A DNA stretch of 64,000 nucleotides from Euryarchaeota archaeon UBA86 (GTDB taxonomy: Archaea > Thermoplasmatota > Poseidoniia > Poseidoniales > Thalassarchaeaceae): assembly GCA_002503055.1 (NCBI GenBank), contig DAQX01000023.1, forward strand, positions 15,297-79,296. Reading direction: 5' to 3'. The position numbers and the translations under genes are program-made. A model generated the notes under the pieces. The model had not been told where the DNA came from, ran no database searches, and worked only from the letters and a program-made list of their open reading frames with translations. Of this stretch, positions 1-9,241 are shown in pieces; the stretch's first letter is position 1; each line of letters opens with the position of its first letter.

Positions 1-305
1 TGAGACTCAGATTCGTAATCGATGATGGAATATCAAATGCATCACTTCTCCTATCCAAGAATGCCTCTGAAGCATTCCTCGGAACCGATCAAGAGTCGGT
101 AAAGCAAGAGATTTCAAAGCTCGGAAGTGATGGCTTTGTGGCATCTCTGCGAGAGAAACTGATTGCCAAGCGACTTATCGTAAAAGGCCGCTCAATCGTC
201 GACGAGCAAGGCGCTATGTTACTCGCCGACGAAGTTGATTACGACGCAATCTCGGCACACGATGCCGCCAACGAAGTCATCCAGCGTTGGGGGGTGATAC
301 TGTGA
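1..305 (+). CDS. Replication protein A / OB-fold ssDNA-binding protein, C-terminal part (5' truncated by window)
   Basis: Not in the ORF track. Frame from nt 3 reads RLRFVIDDGISNASLLL...LIVKGRSIVDEQG...RWGVIL* and resembles the RPA 'LRxxLDDGTG' OB motif. TGA 303-305 overlaps the ATG of the next RPA-family gene. Confidence 0.7.
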   Translation, partial: RLRFVIDDGISNASLLLSKNASEAFLGTDQESVKQEISKLGSDGFVASLREKLIAKRLIVKGRSIVDEQGAMLLADEVDYDAISAHDAANEVIQRWGVIL

Positions 306-1246
306 TGCAACAAGGTCCCAGAGTAGGTCGCCAGAGTGCAATCAGAATCTTCGCCAATGAATACAGGGATGCTTCTCTACCCGAAGAAGGCTCAGGAGAG
401 TACGACCCATCTTTCATCATCACTAAGATGGGCGCCAAGGTAAACCGGGCATTGGTCTGTGGAGTTATAGACAGGGCTGAGAGAAGAGAGAGCGAGAACG
501 GGCCCAATTATTCCGCTCATATCAGAGATCCAACTGGAACGCATCTCTTCAATGTCGCATCGTTCCAACCGGAATTACACCCCGACTTTGAGGAGTTAAT
601 GGCGCGTTTTGAGACTGGAGACCGATTCCTCCTCGCTCTTGTTGGTAAGGCGAGATGGTTTGAGACCGAGGATGGAGGAATTTTCACCTCCTTTAGGGCA
701 GAGGAATTCACAATCATCGACAAGGAATGTTACACTAATTGGTTAGTACAAACTGCCGATGCGACCCTTAGGCGTATCAATGCACACGCCGCTTCCCTAG
801 AGAGTGAACTTACTCCACAAGCATTGGAGGCCGCAGGAGTCCCAACCGACCTCGTAGATGGCTTGATTCTAGCTCGCGGGCACTACGGCGAATTCGATCC
901 GGAAGCCTACCGGGTAGGGGTCCTACAGGCATTGTCCACGGCAACTGGAAAGACTAGCGTTATCGAGATGCCTCCAGAACTCGAAACAGCTCCAACTTTG
1001 GAGCAGACGACTCCTGAACCTACAACCCAACAAACCCCGGCAGAGCCTTCAGATGCGGTTGAAACGATTATCGTGACTATTCGTTCGAGAGACACCGGTC
1101 AAGGCGTTGATTACAATGACATTGTCGCAGCACTGGTCAATGCCGGCCACTCTAGAGAAGCCGCTGAAGATGCTATCGACTCAGCTAGAGATCAAGGCGA
1201 AGTGATGGAGCCAAGATTTGGCTTCTTCCAACTGGTTCCTGAGTAA
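305..1246 (+). CDS. RPA-associated / RPA32-like OB-fold protein with C-terminal winged helix
   Basis: RQSAIRIFANE, GAKVNRALVCGV and IRDPTG motifs of archaeal RPA-associated proteins; C-terminal GEVMEPRFG winged-helix-like end. Start moved to ATG 305 (TGATG coupling). Confidence 0.75.
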   Translation: MQQGPRVGRQSAIRIFANEYRDASLPEEGSGEYDPSFIITKMGAKVNRALVCGVIDRAERRESENGPNYSAHIRDPTGTHLFNVASFQPELHPDFEELMARFETGDRFLLALVGKARWFETEDGGIFTSFRAEEFTIIDKECYTNWLVQTADATLRRINAHAASLESELTPQALEAAGVPTDLVDGLILARGHYGEFDPEAYRVGVLQALSTATGKTSVIEMPPELETAPTLEQTTPEPTTQQTPAEPSDAVETIIVTIRSRDTGQGVDYNDIVAALVNAGHSREAAEDAIDSARDQGEVMEPRFGFFQLVPE

Positions 1247-2203
1247 TCAATCGTCTTCGATTAGAGTCTCAGCGTACTCCATACGCTCCCTGACCCTGCT
1301 CATGGTATCCACAGCATCGACTCTAGACCAGACTCCTTCTCCGATATTGGCTCCCTTTGACTCGGCGATATTGGTAGCCACAGAGATGACTCTAGAGCAA
1401 ACCTCTTCGCTATCCAAAGGCCAACCTCGACGATTCGCTAGCCTCAGCAGCAGACCTTCCTCACTAGAGCCCCAGTTGCCCGAATGTCCTCGAAGAATGC
1501 TCCCAACCATCCTCTCTAACTCCTCGACTCTGGCTCCAATCGTCAATAATGCACCTTGAACATCTGAATCTGACTTGTCTACATCCTTCACAAGCATATC
1601 TCGAGCATCTTCTAGTACTGCTAACGGAGACTCCTTCTCAAAATTCTCATCGACAGCTTCGATTTCAATAAATTCCTCTTCCTCTTCGACTGTCTCAGTA
1701 TTGGGAATCTTTGCATTAGCATCGGGGATTCCTGTTCTCCAGAGGCTACGCTTGATTCTGCCCCATCCTCTTCCTTGGCTGGTCAGAACTCCTGCGACAT
1801 GCCCCATCAAAACTGTTCTAGTTCCAGTGAGGGGTAACTCTAGTCGCAGACACAACTCATGCAACTCATCCCTCTCCATATCTGCCAGATGCTCAACACT
1901 CAGACGACGAGAGTCGAAATTCAGGTGTAACCAAAGTCGCTGCCTCCTTTCTTTGTGGGATCCTGATGATTTGATCCCAAACACCTTCAGAACCGCGCCT
2001 GATTCTTTGTGAGTGAGTGATTGTATACCTTCCCAAGATAGATCCATTTCTCCTAGAACAAGGTGCTGAATCAGCCTAGCGCGCAATACTTCCACAGAAC
2101 CAGTCTTGCTGAAACCTTCGTCCTCAGCCCTTTCTCTTAGTTCCATTAGTCTCCCTCGATATAGCACATCGAGAAGTGAACTATCGACTTCTATGTCCAG
2201 CAT
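1247..2203 (-). CDS. Hypothetical protein with three tandem SAP-like motifs
   Basis: 318 aa ORF with a GAGGTGA RBS. Motifs ELRERAEDEGFSKTGSVEVLRARL, AVLKVFGIKSSGSHKERRQRL and ELHELCLRLELPLTGTRTVLMGHV. Confidence 0.6.
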   Translation of the reverse strand: MLDIEVDSSLLDVLYRGRLMELRERAEDEGFSKTGSVEVLRARLIQHLVLGEMDLSWEGIQSLTHKESGAVLKVFGIKSSGSHKERRQRLWLHLNFDSRRLSVEHLADMERDELHELCLRLELPLTGTRTVLMGHVAGVLTSQGRGWGRIKRSLWRTGIPDANAKIPNTETVEEEEEFIEIEAVDENFEKESPLAVLEDARDMLVKDVDKSDSDVQGALLTIGARVEELERMVGSILRGHSGNWGSSEEGLLLRLANRRGWPLDSEEVCSRVISVATNIAESKGANIGEGVWSRVDAVDTMSRVRERMEYAETLIEDD

Positions 2204-2293
2204 TACGGACTCACCTCGCTAGCGCCGAGGTCATATCGGTTGCGCAAATCAAAACCAAATACTGTAGATTGAGATAGTTTGCAGAATTAGCCA

Positions 2294-3364
2294 CTATTCC
2301 TCAAGATCAATGAAGGCCGGGGCCTCCTCGTCCATGTAGAAATCCTTCGGCACAGGTCTAGATGCCTCTCGCAGCAATACATCCCAGTCTCTGATTGCAG
2401 AAATCGTAGCGTGTCTAAATTCACTGTACTTGATGACACGATCCAGACCGATAGTATGGCGTCCGTTACCCGATAGAACTTCGATTCTGAACTCTACATG
2501 AACCTCATCCTCGGTGACCTCACCCTCGGTATCATGACAAGCCTGCTCGAGCGTTAGATCGCGCTGCTCCTCGGCCTGCTTCATCAACGACCTAACCTGA
2601 CGATGCCTAACTAGAATGCCAATTCGCTCGAGCATATCGGAATCGAGCCCCGAGATCATCTGATCTTGGATATGCCAACAGGTTTCACCTTCAGTCTCCG
2701 ACACAACCTCCGAAATACTACTCGGAAACCTCTTCCTAGCAATTAGAATGACTAGATCTGCATATGGAAGAGGAAGAAAGTGCACTCCTCCACGATCCTT
2801 GGGATCTGGCAATAGTGCATGACGACGCGCAGCAGGGCCTAATGAGTCGTAAACCGCCCTCGAGGTGATGTATCCATCAATCTCCCCCTCCTCTCTCATA
2901 GATTCCATCCATCTTGCAATATCTAGGCCATCTCCCGAGGGACACTCCTGATTGCGAATTGAAGCATAGGCAGAGGGACTGAGGATCCTTAGTCCGCCCC
3001 TTGCTCTCTTGAGTTGTCTACGTACCAATGCAGACTCGGCCAGAATGATTCCTAGCCGAGGCTGATATTCCAATTTATCATCTGAGACCAGAACCAGATT
3101 GGGACGACGAGGGGTTCGGGCTCCTACAACTTCACATCCAGCTGAAAGCATCTCGACTTGCTTACCGTGAAGTAATTCCGCGGGCATAGCCAGCATATCC
3201 GCATCACCTCCGGACAACATGCTGATTGCTTGGGAGAAGTCGGTCGCCGAGACACTTGTGAGGTCGAACTCTTGTTCATCGAATTCCTCGAATTGAGAAG
3301 TTACAGAGCAGTCAGGGGTGTCGATGATGGCGAGTTTCAATTCGTCCAATCCGTCCACCTCCAT
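2294..3364 (-). CDS. Divergent porphobilinogen deaminase (HemC)-fold protein, catalytic motifs absent
   Basis: Segments MLSGGDADML, LVRRQLKRARGGLRI, EGEIDGYI and HFLPLP are colinear with HemC motifs. Start moved to ATG 3364 to avoid overlap with the divergent gene. Confidence 0.5.
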   Translation of the reverse strand: MEVDGLDELKLAIIDTPDCSVTSQFEEFDEQEFDLTSVSATDFSQAISMLSGGDADMLAMPAELLHGKQVEMLSAGCEVVGARTPRRPNLVLVSDDKLEYQPRLGIILAESALVRRQLKRARGGLRILSPSAYASIRNQECPSGDGLDIARWMESMREEGEIDGYITSRAVYDSLGPAARRHALLPDPKDRGGVHFLPLPYADLVILIARKRFPSSISEVVSETEGETCWHIQDQMISGLDSDMLERIGILVRHRQVRSLMKQAEEQRDLTLEQACHDTEGEVTEDEVHVEFRIEVLSGNGRHTIGLDRVIKYSEFRHATISAIRDWDVLLREASRPVPKDFYMDEEAPAFIDLEE

Positions 3365-3443
3365 AGGGGGCACGTAACATGCCCGTATGAGCCGCGTGTA
3401 CACTTGTTGATATATGCGACCCTCTTCAAACAACACGAGCGGT

Positions 3444-4427
3444 ATGGTCTCCCTCAACCAGATTAGTGCCCGGGCGGAGCTTGAGAGGCTTCGATATCAG
3501 ATTGAAGAGGCTCTGGAGGATTTTGTTCAGAAGAGACTCTCTCAACCAGATGCTCCTGTGATGAGACTCGTTAGCGACATTCTTCTGGGAGGTGGAAAGA
3601 GATACCGGCCAGTACTGAGTGTTCTAGCTTACCAGGCCTGTGGAGGAGAAGACAAACAGAAGGCACTGAATCTAGCGCTCTCGGGAGAACTCATCCATAC
3701 GGCTACTTTGGTGCACGACGATATCAATGATCAATCCAAGTTGCGCAGAGGCAAACCAACTCTCCACACTACTAAATCGCAATCACATGCAATTATCGCT
3801 GGTGACTACCTTTTCGCTTTAGGATTCGGTTTAGGGGGCCAAAATGACGAACAAGTGGTAGAACGTATAGCCAGCACCTGTGGAGGAATCGCGACTGGAG
3901 AGATTCTCCAGATGGAGCATATCGGCAATCTTTCCACTACGCCTGAGGACTACTATGCAATTGTCGACGGCAAAACCGCCGGCCCGTTCGCTAGTGCTTG
4001 CTGGGGTGCTGCAATTGCGGCTGATGCGGAAATTTATGCAGATTCAATGGAGGTATTTGGCATGGAACTCGGCAGGGCATTCCAACTGGTTGACGACTTG
4101 CTCGATTTGACCGGTGACCCTGCAATGGGTAAGCCAAAAGGCACCGATGTTCATGATGGTAAGATGACCCTTCCAATCATCCATGCTTTGACCATGTTGC
4201 ATGGATCGGAATACGAACACTTTACTGATGTTCTGACCAACTTTAGCGATGAGAGATGGGGCGAATTCACCGAATTAATGCATAAGGCAAGGTCACTGCA
4301 TTATGTTAGACAATTGATTGAGAATCACATCGAAAGGGCATTGAACGCCTTAGAGGAGCTGCCCGAGTCAAGATCCCGAACACTGATGGCAGAACTCACA
4401 AAGATGTCTGAGAGGCGACGGACTTGA
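3444..4427 (+). CDS. trans-Polyprenyl diphosphate synthase (probably long-chain)
   Basis: GGKRYRP, FARM DDIND, RRGKPT, AGDYL, KTA and SARM FQLVDDLLD. Confidence 0.92.
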   Translation: MVSLNQISARAELERLRYQIEEALEDFVQKRLSQPDAPVMRLVSDILLGGGKRYRPVLSVLAYQACGGEDKQKALNLALSGELIHTATLVHDDINDQSKLRRGKPTLHTTKSQSHAIIAGDYLFALGFGLGGQNDEQVVERIASTCGGIATGEILQMEHIGNLSTTPEDYYAIVDGKTAGPFASACWGAAIAADAEIYADSMEVFGMELGRAFQLVDDLLDLTGDPAMGKPKGTDVHDGKMTLPIIHALTMLHGSEYEHFTDVLTNFSDERWGEFTELMHKARSLHYVRQLIENHIERALNALEELPESRSRTLMAELTKMSERRRT

Positions 4428-4431
4428 GTCC

Positions 4432-5535
4432 ATGTCCCTAGAGCGCACCGAATGGGACGCCATAATCATCGGCGGAGGGCCCGCTGGTAGTACAACTGCT
4501 CGATATGCTGCAGAGGGAGGAGCAGCCGTACTGGTTATCGACGGACGAGACCCAATTGGCTCCCCACTACAGTGTGGAGAGTTAGTTCCGAGTAATAGCG
4601 AGATGAAGCGATTATGCCCAGATGTCCCTGATATCGATGATCTACTTAGGACGCCCGAACACGCTATCTCTCTGAGGACTACACAGATGCATCTGGTGCC
4701 ACCCTCAGGAAAGCCACTGAAGTATCCTTTTGAGGGCGTAGTTCTGAACAGAGTGGCTCACGACGAAGAGTTGGTTCAATTGGCACGCTCAAGTGGAGTC
4801 GAATACCTAGTTGGAACTCGTGTATCGGAAATCGGAACAAACAAAGTCACTCTGACTGATGGGACGCAGTACAGTGCCAAGGTCATTATCGGAGCAGGTG
4901 GTCACAATGATCCACTAAGGAAATCCCATTGGAATGTCAAATCACTGAATATCCCTGTAAAATTCGTACTCATGGACGGCGTATTCGATGACGCATTGGA
5001 ATTACATTTTGGATCAGTCGCCCCTGGAGGTTATGCATGGGCCTTCCCCAAGCAGGACGGGGCTAACATAGGACTTGGAATTCAGAGAAAACTCTCCAAA
5101 GGAAAGAGTCTGAATCTGTACTCCGAGGAATTCTTCTCTCGATATCAAGGAAAAGTCAGTTTCAAAGGTGCAGGCTCACTTCCTATGTCGGGCACAATTC
5201 CTAACTTTGTCAAAGGAAATTACTTACTCGTCGGTGACGCAGCCGGCATGGTACTCCCTTCGAATGGTGCTGGAATCACAATTGCAATGATTGGTGGCAG
5301 AATAGCAGGGCAAGTCGTCGCCGAACATCTGTCAGAAGGTACACCTCTCGAGGAGTATGAGAAGAGATGGAACAAGCAGATGGGCAAGGTGATGCGTAAC
5401 TCGAAATTCGCGTTCAAACTCGGAACTCTGATGTTCCGCTCTCCGGATTGGTTACTGAATTTGATGTTCAACAGGCTGACTAAGCCATTCATCTGGAGGG
5501 CGGTAACCTGCAGGTCGCTATTCAGTCTCAGGTGA
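4432..5535 (+). CDS. Geranylgeranyl reductase family flavoprotein
   Basis: GGGPAG FAD-binding loop, CGE, PGGYAWAFP and LVGDAAG motifs. Confidence 0.9.
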   Translation: MSLERTEWDAIIIGGGPAGSTTARYAAEGGAAVLVIDGRDPIGSPLQCGELVPSNSEMKRLCPDVPDIDDLLRTPEHAISLRTTQMHLVPPSGKPLKYPFEGVVLNRVAHDEELVQLARSSGVEYLVGTRVSEIGTNKVTLTDGTQYSAKVIIGAGGHNDPLRKSHWNVKSLNIPVKFVLMDGVFDDALELHFGSVAPGGYAWAFPKQDGANIGLGIQRKLSKGKSLNLYSEEFFSRYQGKVSFKGAGSLPMSGTIPNFVKGNYLLVGDAAGMVLPSNGAGITIAMIGGRIAGQVVAEHLSEGTPLEEYEKRWNKQMGKVMRNSKFAFKLGTLMFRSPDWLLNLMFNRLTKPFIWRAVTCRSLFSLR

Positions 5536-6237
5536 GCGACCCTGCCAGATTGTGGCCATCCCTGGGAATACCAATTTAGCTGAAACTTGCTCGAATCCAG
5601 TATCTTCCATCATTCTGACATAATCTTTAGTCGTGCCAAAACTCGCATAGGTCTTGGTCAGCCATTTCCAAGGATTGCTCTCAGAATTGTAGAACAATCT
5701 AGCATAACTCGATACCCAGACTCTCATCCAAAGCCACCCCATGGCTCCATGCAGTCGGTTGACCTTGGCAGGCTCAACCATTACGAACACGCCTCCAGGT
5801 TTGAGTACCCTGAGAGCCTCTGCCAGACCTGCCCGCTTGTCGAACCAGTCTCTAAATGAAAACAGAGAGCACACTGCATCGAAGGAATTATCCTCAAATG
5901 GCAATTCTTCTGCCGTTCCTTCAACAAATTTGACAGCAGATTCGCCCCTAGATTCTCTCTTTGGACCAACTCTCCCTTCGGCAACTCTTAGCATCTCGGG
6001 AATAGGGTCCAAACAGACTAGATCTTCGCCTTCGAAGTCCTCAGCAAAACTCCCAGGTCCACAACCAATCTCCAGAACCCTGCCGCTGCTAGGTAGGCGC
6101 CCTCTCACCATTCTGCGCCAGCGTGATACTTGACCTAGTGTGGCGAATTGATTCACCTTGTCATAAACCGGAATCGTGGCCTCCAAATTCTGTTGAAGCT
6201 CATTCCAGTCAGACTCTCCGATTCGCTCGGTGTCCAT
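5518..6237 (-). CDS. UbiE/MenG-family SAM methyltransferase
   Basis: YDKVNQFATLG..RWRR, VLEIGCGPG, AEELPFEDNSFDAV and EALRVLKPGG. Probable start ATG 6237. Confidence 0.8.
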   Translation of the reverse strand: MDTERIGESDWNELQQNLEATIPVYDKVNQFATLGQVSRWRRMVRGRLPSSGRVLEIGCGPGSFAEDFEGEDLVCLDPIPEMLRVAEGRVGPKRESRGESAVKFVEGTAEELPFEDNSFDAVCSLFSFRDWFDKRAGLAEALRVLKPGGVFVMVEPAKVNRLHGAMGWLWMRVWVSSYARLFYNSESNPWKWLTKTYASFGTTKDYVRMMEDTGFEQVSAKLVFPGMATIWQGRSPETE

Positions 6238-6359
6238 GGTCCTCGCTGAGACCTCACATATATGGTTGAATCCCGCCAAAATCCTGTGAAAACACGAAGT
6301 AATTGCATGGTCAAAGTGATATACCGTTCGGCGTTGCGCGTGTCACCAAAGGTGACACA

Positions 6360-6677
6360 ATGGGACGGGCAGATATACTCCGAGCAATCAAGAAGTCGGA
6401 GGACGGGGCAAAGAAGATCCAATCAGATGCCGAGACAAAGGCGGCGGAGACTCTCTCCAATGCCCGCGTCAAGGCCGCCGAGTCGACCAACTCAGGAAGG
6501 CAAGGGGCCGACGATGAAGCAGCAAAGATGCTTAGCGATGCACGCGCTGCTGCGGAGAAGGAAGCCGAATCCGTAGCCGCTGAGGGCGAAGTAGAACTTG
6601 AGCGCGTTGCCAGCGAGGGCAAGAAGAATAGAAGTGCGGCTGCAGATGCCGTCCTCGATACCTTCCGCAAAAACTAG
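6360..6677 (+). CDS. atpH: A1Ao ATP synthase subunit H
   Basis: Ala/Glu/Lys-rich coiled coil, first gene of the operon; GGTGA RBS before ATG 6360. Confidence 0.8.
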   Translation: MGRADILRAIKKSEDGAKKIQSDAETKAAETLSNARVKAAESTNSGRQGADDEAAKMLSDARAAAEKEAESVAAEGEVELERVASEGKKNRSAAADAVLDTFRKN

Positions 6678-6691
6678 TTCGGGGCGACATC

Positions 6692-8860
6692 ATGAGTCAA
6701 CTGACACCAGAAGACATGTCTCGACTGGTTGTCGCTGGTACCAAAGACCAACTTAAGACCACTATCGATGTATTAGCAGGTCTTTCTTTAGTTCATATCA
6801 ATGATTACAGCAGTGATGATGAGGATATGTCAATGGGTACGCCTACTGAGGTATCTGAGGAAATCAGTCGCAGGCTGACCAAAATGAGAGGGGCTGCAGC
6901 GAACCTCCAGGCCCCCAGTCAGGCCGAACTGATGTCTGCACCCGAGGTCCGCAGAAATCTGTCGGGCGACATAGATAATCTAGTCGATAGTGCCCTTGGC
7001 CTCAATGATGAGATGGAAGAGCTTGAGATAGAGAAGTCGAAGATAGAAGAGGAACTAGAAGTTCTATCCTTGCTAGCGCCCCTCAGTCTTGAGATGGACT
7101 TGATGAGAGGCTATGATTCGATCACCCAGTTTGTTGGCACTGTTTCGTCTCTAAGCAAGGCACGGCCAGCCTTGGCTTCTCTAGGCGAATCTGCAGTTCA
7201 CATGAGCAGCGAGGTTGCGAAGAAGGGAGTAGTAGCTGTCTTCTGCCGTAACGAACAGTCAGAATCTGTTCAGAAGATGCTCTCTGAACTGGACTTCCAA
7301 GCTATCTCAATTCCAGAGTCTGATGGTCTGCCGAGTGATCGGATTGCAGGGCTAAACGATAGAATGGCTGAGATTGAAGCTAGGGTAGAAGCATTGAATG
7401 AACAAATCTCTGAATGGTCCAATGCAAACAGTGGAATATTATTCGGCGGCATGGAGTTACTTGAGAGAGATTTGCAACTTGCCACTACACCAGTAAGAGT
7501 TGCAGTTAGCGACCACGCTTTTGTCTTAGATGGTTGGATCAAGTCAACAGCTGAAGAGGAAGTCAATAACGCTCTTTCTGGCGTTTGTACACACATAGAA
7601 GTCGAGAGATATCAACCCCCTGCACACAGTGGTCATGGGCATCACCATGTAGACAAGAAAGACATGCCTCCAATCGAATTCTCTCCGAGAAATTACAGCA
7701 AACCATTCGAGATGGTTACCGATGTAATGGGCAGACCTGCTTATGGGAAGATCGATCCAACATTCTTCATGTTCCTGACTTACCCTCTCTTCTTCGGAAT
7801 GATCCTAGGAGACATGGCCTATGGCCTGTCAATAATGGCTCTAGCCGCATTTGTATGGAGGCAATTCCCGCTCAATGATGTGATGTCAAATGTTGCAGGA
7901 TTCCTATTCACAATCGGAACTTCAACACTTATTTTCGGCTACATTTACGGTGAATTCGCCGGTTTCGAATTCCTCCCGCATGGGCACTGTGTGGATTACG
8001 CAGGTGAAGATATTGCGGGTATCTTAGGAGTTGCTCAATGTGAGGCATATGTCCTCCCTGATGGCACTCACGGACACTATCACTGGAAGGACGGTCATGC
8101 ACCGTGGTGGGTTGCTTGGATGACGAACCTATATCCCAATGGAGGAGTGTTCTATTGGGTATGGGACGGCCCTCTAGAATTGACTCTAGCATATCCATTC
8201 CACCGCGTCTCTTCGAATCTAGAGAATCTAATGCTACTGACAATATACATTGGTGTTATCCACATCTTCATCGGACTTCTGATTGGTTTCCGTGATGTTC
8301 TCAAAACGCACGGCATGGTTGAGGCAATTTTCGAGAAGGGATCATGGATTATTCTGCTAGTCGGAGGATTTGCGTCTGCTTATGAATTCATCAAATACGA
8401 AACTATCTCCACCATGCCATTGGCAGTCGCAGTCATTGGAGTCGTTATGGTGACAGTACTGCTCGCACATTTCGAAAAGATGGGCTGGGGAATTGCACTC
8501 ATTATGGGGCCACTAGAATCCATAGGAATGCTGCCGAAAGTACTCTCATACGTCAGATTATTCGCTGTAGGAGTTGTTGGTGTCAAGATTGCTGCTACTG
8601 GCAACGAGATGATTTACGAAGTCATGGCCCACACTCTTGCTGATTTGAGCCATGCATCTACAATGGACATTATACTGGTCCCTGTTATGTTCATCGGCTG
8701 GATCCTAGTCCAACTCTTTGCCCTAGTGCTGGGCATCTTCAGTCCTAACATCCACACTGTAAGGCTACATTTCGTCGAGTGGATGATGCAATTCTACGAA
8801 GGGAGCGGCCTCCCCTTCAAGGCGTTCGGCTTCAAGCCGGATAAAGTTGAGGTCGAGTGA
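6692..8860 (+). CDS. atpI: A1Ao ATP synthase subunit I (a)
   Basis: IDPT, FFGMILGDMAYG, LSYVRL (essential Arg) and HTVRLHFVEW; coiled-coil N-half and membrane C-half. Confidence 0.95.
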   Translation: MSQLTPEDMSRLVVAGTKDQLKTTIDVLAGLSLVHINDYSSDDEDMSMGTPTEVSEEISRRLTKMRGAAANLQAPSQAELMSAPEVRRNLSGDIDNLVDSALGLNDEMEELEIEKSKIEEELEVLSLLAPLSLEMDLMRGYDSITQFVGTVSSLSKARPALASLGESAVHMSSEVAKKGVVAVFCRNEQSESVQKMLSELDFQAISIPESDGLPSDRIAGLNDRMAEIEARVEALNEQISEWSNANSGILFGGMELLERDLQLATTPVRVAVSDHAFVLDGWIKSTAEEEVNNALSGVCTHIEVERYQPPAHSGHGHHHVDKKDMPPIEFSPRNYSKPFEMVTDVMGRPAYGKIDPTFFMFLTYPLFFGMILGDMAYGLSIMALAAFVWRQFPLNDVMSNVAGFLFTIGTSTLIFGYIYGEFAGFEFLPHGHCVDYAGEDIAGILGVAQCEAYVLPDGTHGHYHWKDGHAPWWVAWMTNLYPNGGVFYWVWDGPLELTLAYPFHRVSSNLENLMLLTIYIGVIHIFIGLLIGFRDVLKTHGMVEAIFEKGSWIILLVGGFASAYEFIKYETISTMPLAVAVIGVVMVTVLLAHFEKMGWGIALIMGPLESIGMLPKVLSYVRLFAVGVVGVKIAATGNEMIYEVMAHTLADLSHASTMDIILVPVMFIGWILVQLFALVLGIFSPNIHTVRLHFVEWMMQFYEGSGLPFKAFGFKPDKVEVE

Positions 8861-8896
8861 GACTCACACAGTGAGAAAAATAACGGAGGAAAAAAC

Positions 8897-9208
8897 ATGA
8901 GAAATAAGAGAATGAACATGGCATACCGCCTACTGATGACTGTCTTCATGGTGACACTAGTCGCCAGTGTTGTTACAGCTCAGGAAGCGGCTGACAATGA
9001 ATATACCACCACTACCATGGCCAAGCTGGCTGCAGGAATTGCTCTAGCAGGTTGTGGAATTGGGACCGGACTAGCACAGAGCTCGATTGGCGCTGCAGCC
9101 GTCGGCATGATTGCTGAGGACGACTCCAAGTTCGGTACTGGTATTCTATTCACTGTTATCCCTGAGACCATTGTACTGTTCGGTTTCCTATCGATCTACC
9201 TGTTGTAG
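8897..9208 (+). CDS. atpK: A1Ao ATP synthase subunit K (c, proteolipid) with N-terminal leader
   Basis: Gly/Ala-rich hairpin GIGTGLAQSSIGAAAVG...IPETIVLFGF carrying the ion-binding Glu. Confidence 0.93.
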   Translation: MRNKRMNMAYRLLMTVFMVTLVASVVTAQEAADNEYTTTTMAKLAAGIALAGCGIGTGLAQSSIGAAAVGMIAEDDSKFGTGILFTVIPETIVLFGFLSIYLL

Positions 9209-9241
9209 GTCGTTGGAGGAACACGCAGACAAGGAGGATGT

